64,000 nucleotides of DNA from Candidatus Saccharimonadota bacterium (GTDB lineage Bacteria; Patescibacteriota; Saccharimonadia; Saccharimonadales; Saccharimonadaceae): assembly GCA_013333695.2 (NCBI GenBank), contig JABCOH020000013.1, forward strand, positions 4,623 to 68,622, read 5' to 3'. Below the pieces are notes generated by a model. That model was not told where the DNA came from and did not search any database. It saw only the letters and a program-made list of their open reading frames with translations. A program made the translations under genes and the position numbers. Positions 10,092 through 19,486 of the stretch are shown one piece after another (position 1 is the stretch's first letter; every line of letters begins with the position of its first letter).

Positions 10092-10895
10092 ATGAGTGAA
10101 GTTTCAGAAAATATATACCCACTGCTGGTAGAACACAGCATTCATGACAGAATGGAAGATTGCGAAGTCTCGTATAGCGTTGTCGGCGGGCTGGGTCTAC
10201 ATGCGGTTACCAACGCTGCCGAAATTGATTGGGACAATCACGTTGTGTATCTGCCTGGCGGTGTGTGCTTACCGTGTTTACGTGAAAATGGTACGGTGCG
10301 AGACCTTGATACATTAGTGCAAAGCACAGATAAGGTTGTTGTGAAGGGTTGTCAGCGGGAAATGACCGATGCTATCGGTGATAAGTTAGTAATTTCAACC
10401 TTTGGACTTAATCCATACGAAGAAAATCGTCGTGGTATATTTGATTTCGTCGGTGATCGTTATATTGATGATGAAGGTCGTCTATACTGGCGCCTTGGCG
10501 GTATTGAGACGGAAATTCCTTCATCTAGTCTTGATCAGTGGCTTGTGAAGAGAGATGGCGAGACAGTATGTGCTATCCTTAATCCAATTTCTCAATTAGG
10601 AGCGTACGGATGTCGTTCAATTACCGGCTGGCGTCCAAAAGACAAAGAAAAAGTCGAGGAGTTAATAAAAGTTATAATGCCAAACCGCAAAATTTCAGAT
10701 ATTCCGCAAGATTGTCGCGACCAGTATTATACGTTCAGGGAACAATCAAAAAAAGTTGCCGAAGCTAGAAAAAAGTTAGGCTGGTTTGGGCTAAAGGCTG
10801 GATTGCTATCATTCCTTGAGCGTCAAGAGTGGGCGGTACGACTTGCTCAAGGCGAACTGGATGGCGTACTCAGTGGTTTTGTCGGCAAGACATGA
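10092..10895 (+). CDS. Hypothetical protein, putative Pol-beta-type nucleotidyltransferase
   Basis: YSVVGGLGL...RDLDTLV...RPKD pattern; more AT-rich than neighbours. Confidence 0.55.
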   Translation: MSEVSENIYPLLVEHSIHDRMEDCEVSYSVVGGLGLHAVTNAAEIDWDNHVVYLPGGVCLPCLRENGTVRDLDTLVQSTDKVVVKGCQREMTDAIGDKLVISTFGLNPYEENRRGIFDFVGDRYIDDEGRLYWRLGGIETEIPSSSLDQWLVKRDGETVCAILNPISQLGAYGCRSITGWRPKDKEKVEELIKVIMPNRKISDIPQDCRDQYYTFREQSKKVAEARKKLGWFGLKAGLLSFLERQEWAVRLAQGELDGVLSGFVGKT

Positions 10896-10916
10896 TCGCT
10901 TGATATAATGGTAGCT

Positions 10917-12500
10917 GTGAATAAACGGTTGCAGCAAAAACTCAAAACCCTACCGCGCACTCCCGGTGTCTATTTTCATAAGTCGGCCAGCGGCGAGATT
11001 ATTTATGTGGGCAAGGCGGCGGTGCTGAAAAATCGCGTGCGCCAGTATTTTCAGGATTCGCGCGGGCGGGACAATAAAACCATGGCGTTGGTGGCGGAAA
11101 TTGCTGATACCGATTGGATTGAGACCGAGAGCGAAGTTGATGCGTTGTTTTTGGAAAGCGAGATGGTCAAACGTTATATGCCGCGTTACAACGTACTGCT
11201 GCGCGATGATAAATCGCAGATGTATGTGCGAATCGACATGAAAAGCGAGTGGCCGACCGTCAGTTTTACGCGCAATCCTGCGGATGATGGTGCGGAATAT
11301 TTTGGCCCGTTCTATAATGGCTTTGCCTTGAAAAAAGCGCTGCGCTACTTGCGGCGGATTTTTCCCTATTTGACTAGGCAGCGCCGGGCGGGGCAGTCGA
11401 AATTGGATGAAGATCTGGGTCTCAGCCCGCGGCCGAGTGATGGGTCAGCCGCCTACAAAACCACTTTGCGCAAGCTCATCAGCTACATCAAGGGCAATCG
11501 TAAGGCTATCGCCGCCGAGCTGGAGCGCGACATGAAAACGGCAGCTGGGCTGCATGATTTTGAGCGGGCGGCGGATCTTCGCAATAAACTGCGCGCTATG
11601 CAGGAGTTGCAGCGGCGGGTTTGTTTTGGTGACAAAGAGTTTTTGGATATTTCTAAAGACAAGGCGCTGGCTGATTTGGCAAAATTGTTGGGTCTAAAAG
11701 GTATCCCAGTGCGCATTGAGGGTTATGACATTTCGCATATGAGCGGGCGGCACGTTGTCGCCAGTATGGTGGTATTTACGAATGGAGCGAGCGACCGGGC
11801 AGAGTACCGCAAATTCAAAGTCAGTGAGAAAAATGATGACACCGGCAATATGTACGAGACGATTTTTCGCCGGCTGAGCGAGCGTCATCTAAAAAGCTGG
11901 GGCCGTCCTGATCTGCTACTGATTGACGGCGGTAAAGGCCAGCTAGCGGCGGCTATCAAAGCGCGTGATGAGCGTGGCGTCACCGTGCCGATTGTCAGTA
12001 TCGCCAAGCGCGAGGAAGAACTGCTGGTACATCAAACTGGTTCGCAGATTGATACGGCGTTCATCAAACAGGTTCAGTCGCAGCCACGGGTAGACATTGC
12101 TATTCACGAAGACGGCGATGTTTATGTGGTGAATTTACACCCAAGTCAGCGCAATGCCGGCTCACACTCAAAAAACTTACGGGCTAGCACTGAGCAGAAC
12201 TATAAAGAGCACCCTGAAACAGAAGACAATAATCTCGCAACAACTGACATCGTCAAACTGTTCCAGCGCATCCGCGATGAGTCGCACCGCTTTGCGGTGA
12301 GCTACCACACGGCGCTCAAACGCCAGCAGCAAACGAAAAACCAGTTGGAGGAAATTCCTGGCGTGGGGCCAAAAACCCGCGCGAAATTGCTGAAAAAATT
12401 TGGCAGCATCAGCCGTATACGGAATGCCTCACTCACCGACCTGGAAAAAATCGTGGATAAAGAGCTAGCGAAAAAGATTATGCTTATGCTATCATCATAA
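10917..12500 (+). CDS. uvrC: Excinuclease ABC subunit C
   Basis: GIY-YIG (PGVY..IIYVGKA..LKNRVRQYF), UVR domain, RIEGYDISH, DGGKGQL, RIRDESHRFA, HhH; GTG 10917 preferred because a -10 box lies 7 nt upstream (track start 10908). Confidence 0.97.
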   Translation: MNKRLQQKLKTLPRTPGVYFHKSASGEIIYVGKAAVLKNRVRQYFQDSRGRDNKTMALVAEIADTDWIETESEVDALFLESEMVKRYMPRYNVLLRDDKSQMYVRIDMKSEWPTVSFTRNPADDGAEYFGPFYNGFALKKALRYLRRIFPYLTRQRRAGQSKLDEDLGLSPRPSDGSAAYKTTLRKLISYIKGNRKAIAAELERDMKTAAGLHDFERAADLRNKLRAMQELQRRVCFGDKEFLDISKDKALADLAKLLGLKGIPVRIEGYDISHMSGRHVVASMVVFTNGASDRAEYRKFKVSEKNDDTGNMYETIFRRLSERHLKSWGRPDLLLIDGGKGQLAAAIKARDERGVTVPIVSIAKREEELLVHQTGSQIDTAFIKQVQSQPRVDIAIHEDGDVYVVNLHPSQRNAGSHSKNLRASTEQNYKEHPETEDNNLATTDIVKLFQRIRDESHRFAVSYHTALKRQQQTKNQLEEIPGVGPKTRAKLLKKFGSISRIRNASLTDLEKIVDKELAKKIMLMLSS

Positions 12501-12502
12501 GT

Positions 12503-12871
12503 ATGAGTCGCAAGTATGGATTTACCGTCATAGAAATACTAATTGTCGTTGTGGTTATCGGCATCTTGGCGAGTATCGGTCTCGTCAGTTATAACGGGTG
12601 GCGCAAAGAGACGGTGCGTAAAGCCATAACGTCAGATCTACAGAATGCGCTATCAGCGGCGGAGCAGGAAAAAAACTTCAAAGGGTCATATCCAACGACA
12701 TTGCCGCAGTCGTTCAAGAGTGGCTCGCCAGACATCGTAATCACTGTACGGACAATCCCGCCGTCTGGTTCGACGCCGGCCGCGATCTGCATTGAGGGGA
12801 CGAGTAGTCGCCAGCAGCTCCAGCTGCACATCAAGAGCACTGAGCGCAAGGTAGTCGACGGCGCTTGCTAG
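12503..12871 (+). CDS. Type IV pilin-like protein
   Basis: Prepilin cleavage motif G|FTVIE, hydrophobic helix, C-terminal Cys pair. Confidence 0.92.
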   Translation: MSRKYGFTVIEILIVVVVIGILASIGLVSYNGWRKETVRKAITSDLQNALSAAEQEKNFKGSYPTTLPQSFKSGSPDIVITVRTIPPSGSTPAAICIEGTSSRQQLQLHIKSTERKVVDGAC

Positions 12872-12896
12872 CGTTATGATATAATGAAATGTAGTC

Positions 12897-13268
12897 ATGA
12901 GACGACAATTTGCAATATTTTTTGTTAGGTGGGTACTGAATTCTGTTGGTATCTGGGTGGCGGTGCGGCTTCTCGGGACGAGTGAGCCAGTGGTTGAGAC
13001 GACGGCAACGTTTGTCCTCGCTGGTTTAATTTTTTCGATCGTCAACTCTATCTTGAAACCAATCGTTGTCATTTTATCACTACCGGCGATCTTGCTCACA
13101 CTCGGTTTATTTACGCTGGTGGTGAATGGCATCATGGTTTACATATCATTGGCACTGGCGCCGGGATTATCCATGAGTTTTGGCTCGTCAATTCTTGCCG
13201 GAATCATACTCAGTCTGGTAAACTATATAGTAAGTAGCGCCTTCGTTATCAAGCCGGCGCCAGAATAA
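12897..13268 (+). CDS. YvlD-like 4-TM membrane protein ('phage holin family')
   Basis: NSILKPIVVILSLPAILLTLGLFTLVVNG signature. Confidence 0.88.
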   Translation: MRRQFAIFFVRWVLNSVGIWVAVRLLGTSEPVVETTATFVLAGLIFSIVNSILKPIVVILSLPAILLTLGLFTLVVNGIMVYISLALAPGLSMSFGSSILAGIILSLVNYIVSSAFVIKPAPE

Positions 13269-13277
13269 GGAGAAAGC

Positions 13278-13514
13278 ATGTCACTTGATACTATTTTGCC
13301 GTATGTCACATTAGGATCAGCCGTTTTGATGATCATTGCCATATTGTTGCAGCAGCGTGGTGCTAGCTTGGGCGCAGGCTTTGGCTCGTCGGGCGAGCTG
13401 TTCACCACGCGGCGAGGTTTTGACAAGAACTTGTTTGATGTGACTATTGTGTTTGCTGTTGTGTTCGTGCTGTCGATCTTGGCGAGTTTGGTGTTGCCGA
13501 GTCTGAAGGGCTAG
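13278..13514 (+). CDS. secG: Preprotein translocase subunit SecG
   Basis: Two TM helices with ILLQQRGASLGAGFG and TRRG motifs. Confidence 0.93.
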   Translation: MSLDTILPYVTLGSAVLMIIAILLQQRGASLGAGFGSSGELFTTRRGFDKNLFDVTIVFAVVFVLSILASLVLPSLKG

Positions 13515-13523
13515 GAGCGCGCC

Positions 13524-15317
13524 TTGGACACAAAAAAATCATCTTGGAAAAAATTTCTGCGGCTGGACTTCGCAACAAAAGATCTTGATGGGCAAGCGCA
13601 AAAACTGACCAAGACGACCTTGCGTCACACGCATATGTTTATCTCTTCGCGCCTCGAACATTTGGCTGGAGTCAAGCGGCATGTCCTGGGGTGGATTTTT
13701 CTGGTTATCTTGCTGATCACTGTTAGCATGGTACAGTGGCTGTCATTTCGTGAATTGTACGCTCATAATGCACCAGCCAGGGGTGGGTCGTACTCAGAGG
13801 GCGTGCTGGGGCCATTAGAGACGCTGAACCCAATCTTTGCTCGTAGTAGTGCCGAAAAGTCAGCGGCCCGACTGATGTTTGCGAGTCTTTATAATTATGA
13901 TACAACCGGACATATCAAGGGCGACCTCGCTGAGTCGGTCACAGTTAATGAGGCCGAGACTGAGTACACAGTCAAATTGCGCCGTAATCTCAAGTGGTCA
14001 GACGGAGCGCCGCTAGATGCTCGCGACGTGGTGTTTACTGTTAATTTACTCAAGGATGCACGGACACAAGCGGCGATTACCGGCTGGCAGTCGATCAGCG
14101 TCAAGCAGGTTGACGAGCGGACAGTACAATTTACTCTACCAGCCCCGTACGCACCATTCATGCACGCGCTCACCTTTCCAGTTTTGCCTCAGCACAGCCT
14201 CAGTGAAGTTAATCCGGCCGAGCTGCGTGAGCATGGTTATGGCAAGTCGCCCGTAACCTCTGGGCCGTTTGCCATGCGGATTTTACAGAATGCCAATGCT
14301 GACGGGTCGAAAAAAGTGCTTCATCTGGTGGCTAACTCGCAGTATCATCATGGCGCGCCAAAGCTGGATCGTTTTCAGCTGTATGTATACCCGACGCGGG
14401 ACGAGATCACCAAAGGTCTCAAGACGAGTGAAATTATGGCGACACCGGAGTTGTCATACATGGCTCAGTCAGACCAGATCCGTCATATGTATGCCTCGCG
14501 GCCGTACGCTATTAACGATGGTGTCTACGCATTATTTAACACCCAGAGCGAAGTGGTGAGTTCGCGCAAAGTTCGACAAGCGCTGGTCCAGTCGATTAAT
14601 ACCCAAGCACTACGTGAGAAGTTTGCCTTTGCCAAGAAGCCACTGCACGGCCCAATTTTTGACGACCAAGTGGACGGGCAACTGGCCGGTCGTTTGCCGT
14701 ATGACACAGAAGCAGCGAAAAAATTACTGGACGAAGAAGGATGGAAAGTAGTCGGTAATCAGCGCAAAAAGGGCGAGCAGGTTTTGCAATTGTCGTTCGT
14801 GACGCTCAAGGGCTCTGATTTTGAAACTATTGCACGTGAACTCGTAAAAGTCTGGCAGGAAACGCTGCATATTACCGTTGACTTGCGGGTGGTTGATCCA
14901 AATGATGCCTCGCAGAACGTTTTGCAGTCCGTCCTGCGGCCGCGCGGCTTTGATGTACTGTTGTATGAGTTGGTGCTGGGCGGTGACGCCGATGTCTTTG
15001 CCTACTGGCATTCATCACAGGCTAATCAAAGTGGGCTTAACTTTGCTAATTATAATAGTGCCGTGGCCGATGACGCCCTCGCCGCAGGTCGCACCAAACA
15101 AAGTGCCAAGCAACGAGTTAGCAAATATCAAGCGTTTACCAAGCATTGGCAGTCCGATGTGCCGGCCCTCGCACTATATCAAGTGCAACTGGATTACATT
15201 CACTTGCGTTCCGTGTCGGCGCTTGATAAGTCAATGCGGTTGGTATATCCCACCGATCGATTTGCCGACGTGATCTATTGGACAGTTCGCCGCGAATCCG
15301 TTTACAAAACACCGTAG
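13524..15317 (+). CDS. Peptide ABC transporter substrate-binding protein (family 5), membrane anchored
   Basis: GGSYSEG, TLNP, GDLAES, LKWSDGAPLDARDVVFT, SGPF, VRQAL motifs. Confidence 0.9.
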   Translation: MDTKKSSWKKFLRLDFATKDLDGQAQKLTKTTLRHTHMFISSRLEHLAGVKRHVLGWIFLVILLITVSMVQWLSFRELYAHNAPARGGSYSEGVLGPLETLNPIFARSSAEKSAARLMFASLYNYDTTGHIKGDLAESVTVNEAETEYTVKLRRNLKWSDGAPLDARDVVFTVNLLKDARTQAAITGWQSISVKQVDERTVQFTLPAPYAPFMHALTFPVLPQHSLSEVNPAELREHGYGKSPVTSGPFAMRILQNANADGSKKVLHLVANSQYHHGAPKLDRFQLYVYPTRDEITKGLKTSEIMATPELSYMAQSDQIRHMYASRPYAINDGVYALFNTQSEVVSSRKVRQALVQSINTQALREKFAFAKKPLHGPIFDDQVDGQLAGRLPYDTEAAKKLLDEEGWKVVGNQRKKGEQVLQLSFVTLKGSDFETIARELVKVWQETLHITVDLRVVDPNDASQNVLQSVLRPRGFDVLLYELVLGGDADVFAYWHSSQANQSGLNFANYNSAVADDALAAGRTKQSAKQRVSKYQAFTKHWQSDVPALALYQVQLDYIHLRSVSALDKSMRLVYPTDRFADVIYWTVRRESVYKTP

Positions 15318-15342
15318 GGTCAGGTATAATGATGACAGTCGT

Positions 15343-15429
15343 GCGGGCGTGGCGGAATTGGTAGACGCGCTAGCTTGAGGGGCTAGTGAACGCAAGTTCG
15401 TGGAAGTTCAAGTCTTCTCGCTCGCACCA
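15343..15429 (+). tRNA. tRNA-Leu(GAG)
   Basis: Acceptor GCGGGCG/CGCTCGC, anticodon arm CTAGC-TTGAGGG-GCTAG, long variable arm, GTTCAAGT T-loop, encoded CCA. Confidence 0.96.
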
Positions 15430-15442
15430 AATGTAACAGAGC

Positions 15443-15516
15443 GGCGCGTTGGCGGAGCGGTTACGCAGAGGTCTGCAAAACCTTTTAGACGAGTTCGACT
15501 CTCGTACGTGCCTCCA
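15443..15516 (+). tRNA. tRNA-Cys(GCA)
   Basis: Acceptor GGCGCGT/ACGTGCC, U discriminator, anticodon arm GAGGT-CTGCAAA-ACCTT, GTTCGACT, CCA. Confidence 0.96.
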
Positions 15517-15519
15517 AAT

Positions 15520-15544
15520 ATAGTCCCTATGCGGGGCTATTTTT
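15520..15544 (+). terminator. Intrinsic terminator after the tRNA pair
   Basis: ATAGTCCC-TATGC-GGGGCTAT followed by T run. Confidence 0.7.
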
Positions 15545-16262
15545 CTTTAAGAGGAAGGTCTAGTTTTGATGCGATAAGCATACTTTCGGCGATGATAGTG
15601 AGCGCTATTTTCGGGTCGATGATACCCTTTGCATGGATGATCGCTTGGTGCAGCACGACGCCGTAGCAACCAGGCCATTCTTGTTGATTAGGTACAATGG
15701 CGCTAAGATGTTCTGAACAGGTTTTCCACAATTCTGCAAAATCTTTGGGTGCTAGTACGTCTGGTTGATGATTCTTAGGAACCCTAATATTATAGAAGTC
15801 ATCACTACCCATAACTTGAGCACTATGACCAACACATTCTTGAATATCAAATGCTTTGAATACTTTAACTTTGCCGATTTGTTCCATGCCGCCACCAACA
15901 AATGACCAAGGAGAATATGTTTCTAAGAATACCTTTTGTAATATCTTATCGCCCAAGTAGAATTTTTGACCATCTTCCATACCAATCTTAAGGATATTTT
16001 CAGGACTTTCTGCACGGGCTGCTATTTGTGTCGCATAACCGGCGAGCATACTGGAGACGCAAAGAAATATTTGGATAGGAAGGCGCGGCTCTGTATCGTC
16101 TTTGTATGGTTGCATAAGAAACTCGAACATTTCTTGACCACCAATAGTTATACGATCTGACTCATTCATACTTTCTAGTTGCTCTCGTAGCGAGACAATA
16201 AGATTATCTTTCAATATTTTATCGTTGATGGCTTTAGGTTTCTTCTTAAATAATCCAAACAT
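15537..16262 (-). CDS. Hypothetical protein (AT-rich, MFGLFKKK N-terminus)
   Basis: 241-aa ORF with AAAGGA RBS, following the hydrolase gene; no family recognised. Confidence 0.8.
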   Translation of the reverse strand: MFGLFKKKPKAINDKILKDNLIVSLREQLESMNESDRITIGGQEMFEFLMQPYKDDTEPRLPIQIFLCVSSMLAGYATQIAARAESPENILKIGMEDGQKFYLGDKILQKVFLETYSPWSFVGGGMEQIGKVKVFKAFDIQECVGHSAQVMGSDDFYNIRVPKNHQPDVLAPKDFAELWKTCSEHLSAIVPNQQEWPGCYGVVLHQAIIHAKGIIDPKIALTIIAESMLIASKLDLPLKEK

Positions 16263-16272
16263 AATATCCTTT

Positions 16273-16863
16273 CTATTTTTTCTCTAACAATTCTTTCAAC
16301 TCTGGAAAAGTTGGTTGGAAAAAGTGATTGCGGTCTTCAAAAATATGCGTCTTGGCGGTCGGTAAATCGCGCTGAAATTTAGCAAGTTCAGAAAATGGTA
16401 CAACGGGGTCATCTGTGCTGTGAAACAGGTGGATTTCCTTGGCGGACTGTTCAAGTCCTGTGGTACTATTTAACCTAAAATTACCCAAGTCCTCATTAGT
16501 CTCGTCGTCATACGGACCAGCGACTAAAATCAGCTGGCTTACTGGCACACTAAGAGGATTCTCGTGTAGGTACTTTGCTAAAAATATTGCCCCGAGACTA
16601 CTGCCGACAAAATGAACGTCGTCGCACAGGAGTGGTAATATCTTCTCAAAGTAGATTTTCCATTCTTCATATTGGGCATTTTGTTTGTTTGGCATACTGG
16701 GTAGCAAGACGTCGGCATCATCTATTTCTTGGGCCAACCATTTACGCCATGTTGGTGTGTAGAGCAGTCGCTCGTACCGAATGGAGTCATTTTTGAGTGT
16801 CTCAAGATATTGCGCATAACTATTGAACGTATTGCCGCCGTGGATGTGTACAATTTGCCGCAT
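16273..16863 (-). CDS. Alpha/beta hydrolase, RBBP9/YdeN-like
   Basis: IHGG, GSSLG nucleophile elbow, HSTDDPVVP, C-terminal HF. Confidence 0.88.
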   Translation of the reverse strand: MRQIVHIHGGNTFNSYAQYLETLKNDSIRYERLLYTPTWRKWLAQEIDDADVLLPSMPNKQNAQYEEWKIYFEKILPLLCDDVHFVGSSLGAIFLAKYLHENPLSVPVSQLILVAGPYDDETNEDLGNFRLNSTTGLEQSAKEIHLFHSTDDPVVPFSELAKFQRDLPTAKTHIFEDRNHFFQPTFPELKELLEKK

Positions 16864-16885
16864 AAATATAGTATACTACGGATAG
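16864..16885. promoter_or_regulatory. Bidirectional -10 element (palindrome AGTATACT 16870-16877)
   Basis: TATACT on both strands: 6 nt before the hydrolase ATG (-) and 8 nt before the tRNA (+). Confidence 0.65.
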
Positions 16886-16971
16886 GCGCGAGTGGCGGAA
16901 TTGGTAGACGCGAGGGACTTAAAATCCCTTGACCAAAAGTCGTGCGGGTTCGATTCCCGCCTCGCGCACCA
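16886..16971 (+). tRNA. tRNA-Leu(TAA)
   Basis: Acceptor GCGCGAG/CTCGCGC, anticodon arm AGGGA-CTTAAAA-TCCCT, variable arm, GTTCGATT, CCA. Confidence 0.97.
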
Positions 16972-16981
16972 CAATTGTTGC

Positions 16982-17008
16982 AAAAGCCGCCGATAAAAGG
17001 CGGCTTTC
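16982..17008. terminator. Probable bidirectional intrinsic terminator
   Basis: AAAGCCGCC-GATAAAA-GGCGGCTTT between convergent tRNA and ABC permease. Confidence 0.8.
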
Positions 17009-17049
17009 GTTATGAATAGTTGAATTCTAGGGTGCCAGATCCAGATAAA

Positions 17050-17799
17050 TTAGGTGTTTCGTCCGGTCATCTTTCGCCGAAAGATATAGATGGCGAGTGT
17101 AAAGATAACGGTGGTATAACACAAAACAATCAGTAGATGCGGTGTGATGACTTGCCAATTTCCCTCAATGCTACCTTTAATGGCAGCAACACTGTGGTAA
17201 AATGGCAGTGCTTCCGCGACCATTTTAAAGCCACCGCCGATGAGATCAACCGGGACAAATACGCCCGACAGCCAGCCAGCGACATTGGTGAGCAGGGCGC
17301 CACATATACCGCCAACTGCTCGCTCGTTAATGAGACTGCCGAAGAATAACCCACATCCAACAAATAGAAGCGACGTTACCGTTGTAATAACGATTGCCCC
17401 AATAATATGCACTGAAAAGTCGAGCCCGATACAGCAGGCGATAACGAGGGTAATCACTGCCTGCATGGTAGCAATGATAATCATCGGAATTGTGTATCCA
17501 ATGATAAAATCTCGGGCTGTCATAGGCGAGGTAAACAGACGCATCAGGAATGATGAAGTTCGGTCTTTTGCTAGGAGCATACCTGAGAATAGTGCTAGGA
17601 ATGCCGTACCGAACATTGTGATACCTGGTGCCAAATTTTTGATGGCAAACATAGTATTATTGGCTTCGGCGGGAATGCTGGCATTTATAATAGAGAGTAG
17701 TCCAAGCAAAACGAGTGGAAAGACTAATCCAAAGAATAGATTGATCGGATCGCGTACAACTTCTTTTGTACAGCGTTTAGCAAATAGTAATGATCTCAT
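17050..17799 (-). CDS. ABC-2 type exporter permease
   Basis: Six TM helices; RDP, LMRLFTSP, LSGVFVP, LPFYH motifs. Confidence 0.92.
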   Translation of the reverse strand: MRSLLFAKRCTKEVVRDPINLFFGLVFPLVLLGLLSIINASIPAEANNTMFAIKNLAPGITMFGTAFLALFSGMLLAKDRTSSFLMRLFTSPMTARDFIIGYTIPMIIIATMQAVITLVIACCIGLDFSVHIIGAIVITTVTSLLFVGCGLFFGSLINERAVGGICGALLTNVAGWLSGVFVPVDLIGGGFKMVAEALPFYHSVAAIKGSIEGNWQVITPHLLIVLCYTTVIFTLAIYIFRRKMTGRNT

Positions 17800-18521
17800 C
17801 GAATACCTCCTACAAGTGCTACAAACGCATCCTCGAGAGTGCGCGTATTGGTTTGTTTTTGCAGTTCTGCTACTGTACCGATTGCCACGAGCTTGCCGCG
17901 CGCCATAACGCCGACACGATCAGACAATGCTTCAATTTCCTCGAGATAGTGAGTTGTCAACAGCGTCGTCACTGTACCTTTGAGTAACTGGATCGCCTCC
18001 CATAACTCACGGCGCGAAAAAATATCAAGACCTAGCGTTGGTTCGTCAATGAATAATATTTTTGGATTTGAGATGAGCGCCATGGCGATCGACAGGCGTC
18101 GCTGCATGCCGCCAGACAAATGCTTAGCTTTTTTATGTTCGACAGTTTCGAGCTTGAATTGGCTTGCCATACGTGAGGCGCTCTCACTGGCGTTATGAGC
18201 AGATTGTCCGTAGAGTCCAGCGATCAGTTCGAGATTCTCGCGGACTGATAAATTACCAGCTACAGCAGTTTCTTGCGGTGAAACGTTGATCATCTGTTTG
18301 ACTGCCTGAGGTTTTTCGGTAATACTATTGCCGAGTAAAATAGCATCACCTTGTGTTGGTTGGCTTAAGCAAGATAACATTTTAATCAATGTCGTCTTAC
18401 CCGCACCATTGACACCAAGTAGTGAAAATAACTCACCCTTTTCAATTGATAGATTAAGGCTGTCGACTGCGACAAAGTCACCGTAGCGTTTTGTTAAGTT
18501 GGTCGCAGTGATTGCATTCAT
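17796..18521 (-). CDS. ABC exporter ATP-binding protein
   Basis: Walker A GVNGAGKT, LSGGM signature, IDEPT, TTH. Confidence 0.96.
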   Translation of the reverse strand: MNAITATNLTKRYGDFVAVDSLNLSIEKGELFSLLGVNGAGKTTLIKMLSCLSQPTQGDAILLGNSITEKPQAVKQMINVSPQETAVAGNLSVRENLELIAGLYGQSAHNASESASRMASQFKLETVEHKKAKHLSGGMQRRLSIAMALISNPKILFIDEPTLGLDIFSRRELWEAIQLLKGTVTTLLTTHYLEEIEALSDRVGVMARGKLVAIGTVAELQKQTNTRTLEDAFVALVGGIR

Positions 18522-18733
18522 GATTTCATCTCCGTATCATTGAGTACGGCGGTGATTGTATCAATGACTTTATTCTTAGTCGGAATAGCAATTCCTTGCT
18601 GCTTGGCGCCGAGCATGATAAGTGTATCGCCAGGCTTGATATTAAAAATATCTCGTGCCTCTTTGGGTATCACAATTTGCCCGCGTTCGCCAACCTTGAC
18701 TGTCCAAGCATGTCTACTCTTTGGTTTTGTCAT
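18518..18733 (-). CDS. AbrB/MazE/SpoVT-family DNA-binding protein
   Basis: VKVGERGQIVIPKEARDIFNIKPGD; ATG 18733 has AAGAAAGGA RBS (alternative start 18751). Confidence 0.92.
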   Translation of the reverse strand: MTKPKSRHAWTVKVGERGQIVIPKEARDIFNIKPGDTLIMLGAKQQGIAIPTKNKVIDTITAVLNDTEMKS

Positions 18734-18746
18734 ATAATTCCTTTCT

Positions 18747-18803
18747 TTCATATAAATATGATTTATATGAATAAGTATACGACTACGATGAGCTGCGTGT
18801 CAA
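18747..18803 (-). promoter_or_regulatory. Sigma70-type promoter plus inverted-repeat operator of the abrB-ABC operon
   Basis: TTGACA(18803-18798)-18 nt-TATACT(18779-18774); perfect IR TTCATATAAAT-atg-ATTTATATGAA at 18747-18771. Confidence 0.75.
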
Positions 18804-18891
18804 CAATGAGTTGGCATGATTTTGCCGCTATACGACCCGTGTGTATGGTATAATTATGTGTATAAGGTACTAACCATAAGGAGAATAGAAC

Positions 18892-19461
18892 ATGGATGCA
18901 GTAATAATAACTTTAATTATCGTTGGTGTCGTTATCGTTCTGATCGTGGCGTTTTTGATCGGTACATACAACGGTCTAGTAACGCTGCGCAACCGCGTAG
19001 AGGAAGCATGGAGCGATATCACCGTCCAGCTCAAACGCCGGACTGATTTGATTCCGAACCTGGTCAACTCAGTCAAGGGCTACGCTACACACGAAAAAGA
19101 AGTATTTGAAAAGGTTACTGAAGCGCGGTCGGCTATTATGGGTGCAAAAGGCGTGGCCGATACGGCTCAGGCAGAGAATATGTTAGAGGGTGCCCTAAAG
19201 AGCCTGTTCGCTGTCGCTGAGGCGTATCCGGAACTGAAAGCTAATGAGAACTTCTTACAACTGCAGCAAGAACTGGTCGATACGGAGGACAAGATTCAGG
19301 CGTCGCGTCGCTTCTACAATGGCGGCGTCCGCGATCTGAACACAAGGATTCAAAGGTTCCCAGCTAACATGGTTGCTGGTATGTTCGGCTTCCAGGCCAA
19401 GGAGTTCTTTGAGGTTGCTGATCGAGCAAGTGTTGAGAATCCAGTCGAGGTGAAATTCTAA
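18892..19461 (+). CDS. lemA: LemA family protein
   Basis: YNGLV, QLKRRTDLIPNLV, AEAYPELKA, RRFYN, FPAN motifs; TGGTATAAT promoter and AGGAG RBS. Confidence 0.96.
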   Translation: MDAVIITLIIVGVVIVLIVAFLIGTYNGLVTLRNRVEEAWSDITVQLKRRTDLIPNLVNSVKGYATHEKEVFEKVTEARSAIMGAKGVADTAQAENMLEGALKSLFAVAEAYPELKANENFLQLQQELVDTEDKIQASRRFYNGGVRDLNTRIQRFPANMVAGMFGFQAKEFFEVADRASVENPVEVKF

Positions 19462-19486
19462 GGTAGGATAATCTTTGCCTGAACTA

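Noticed and set aside
12050..12245. Extra segment in UvrC as a third palindromic insertion
   Set aside because: The protein has an insertion here, but I could not find convincing inverted repeats in the DNA.
12897..13268. Prophage suggested by the 'holin' and the baseplate-J-like gene
   Set aside because: The genes are 46 kb apart in housekeeping contexts; no integrase, terminase, capsid or tail genes are present.
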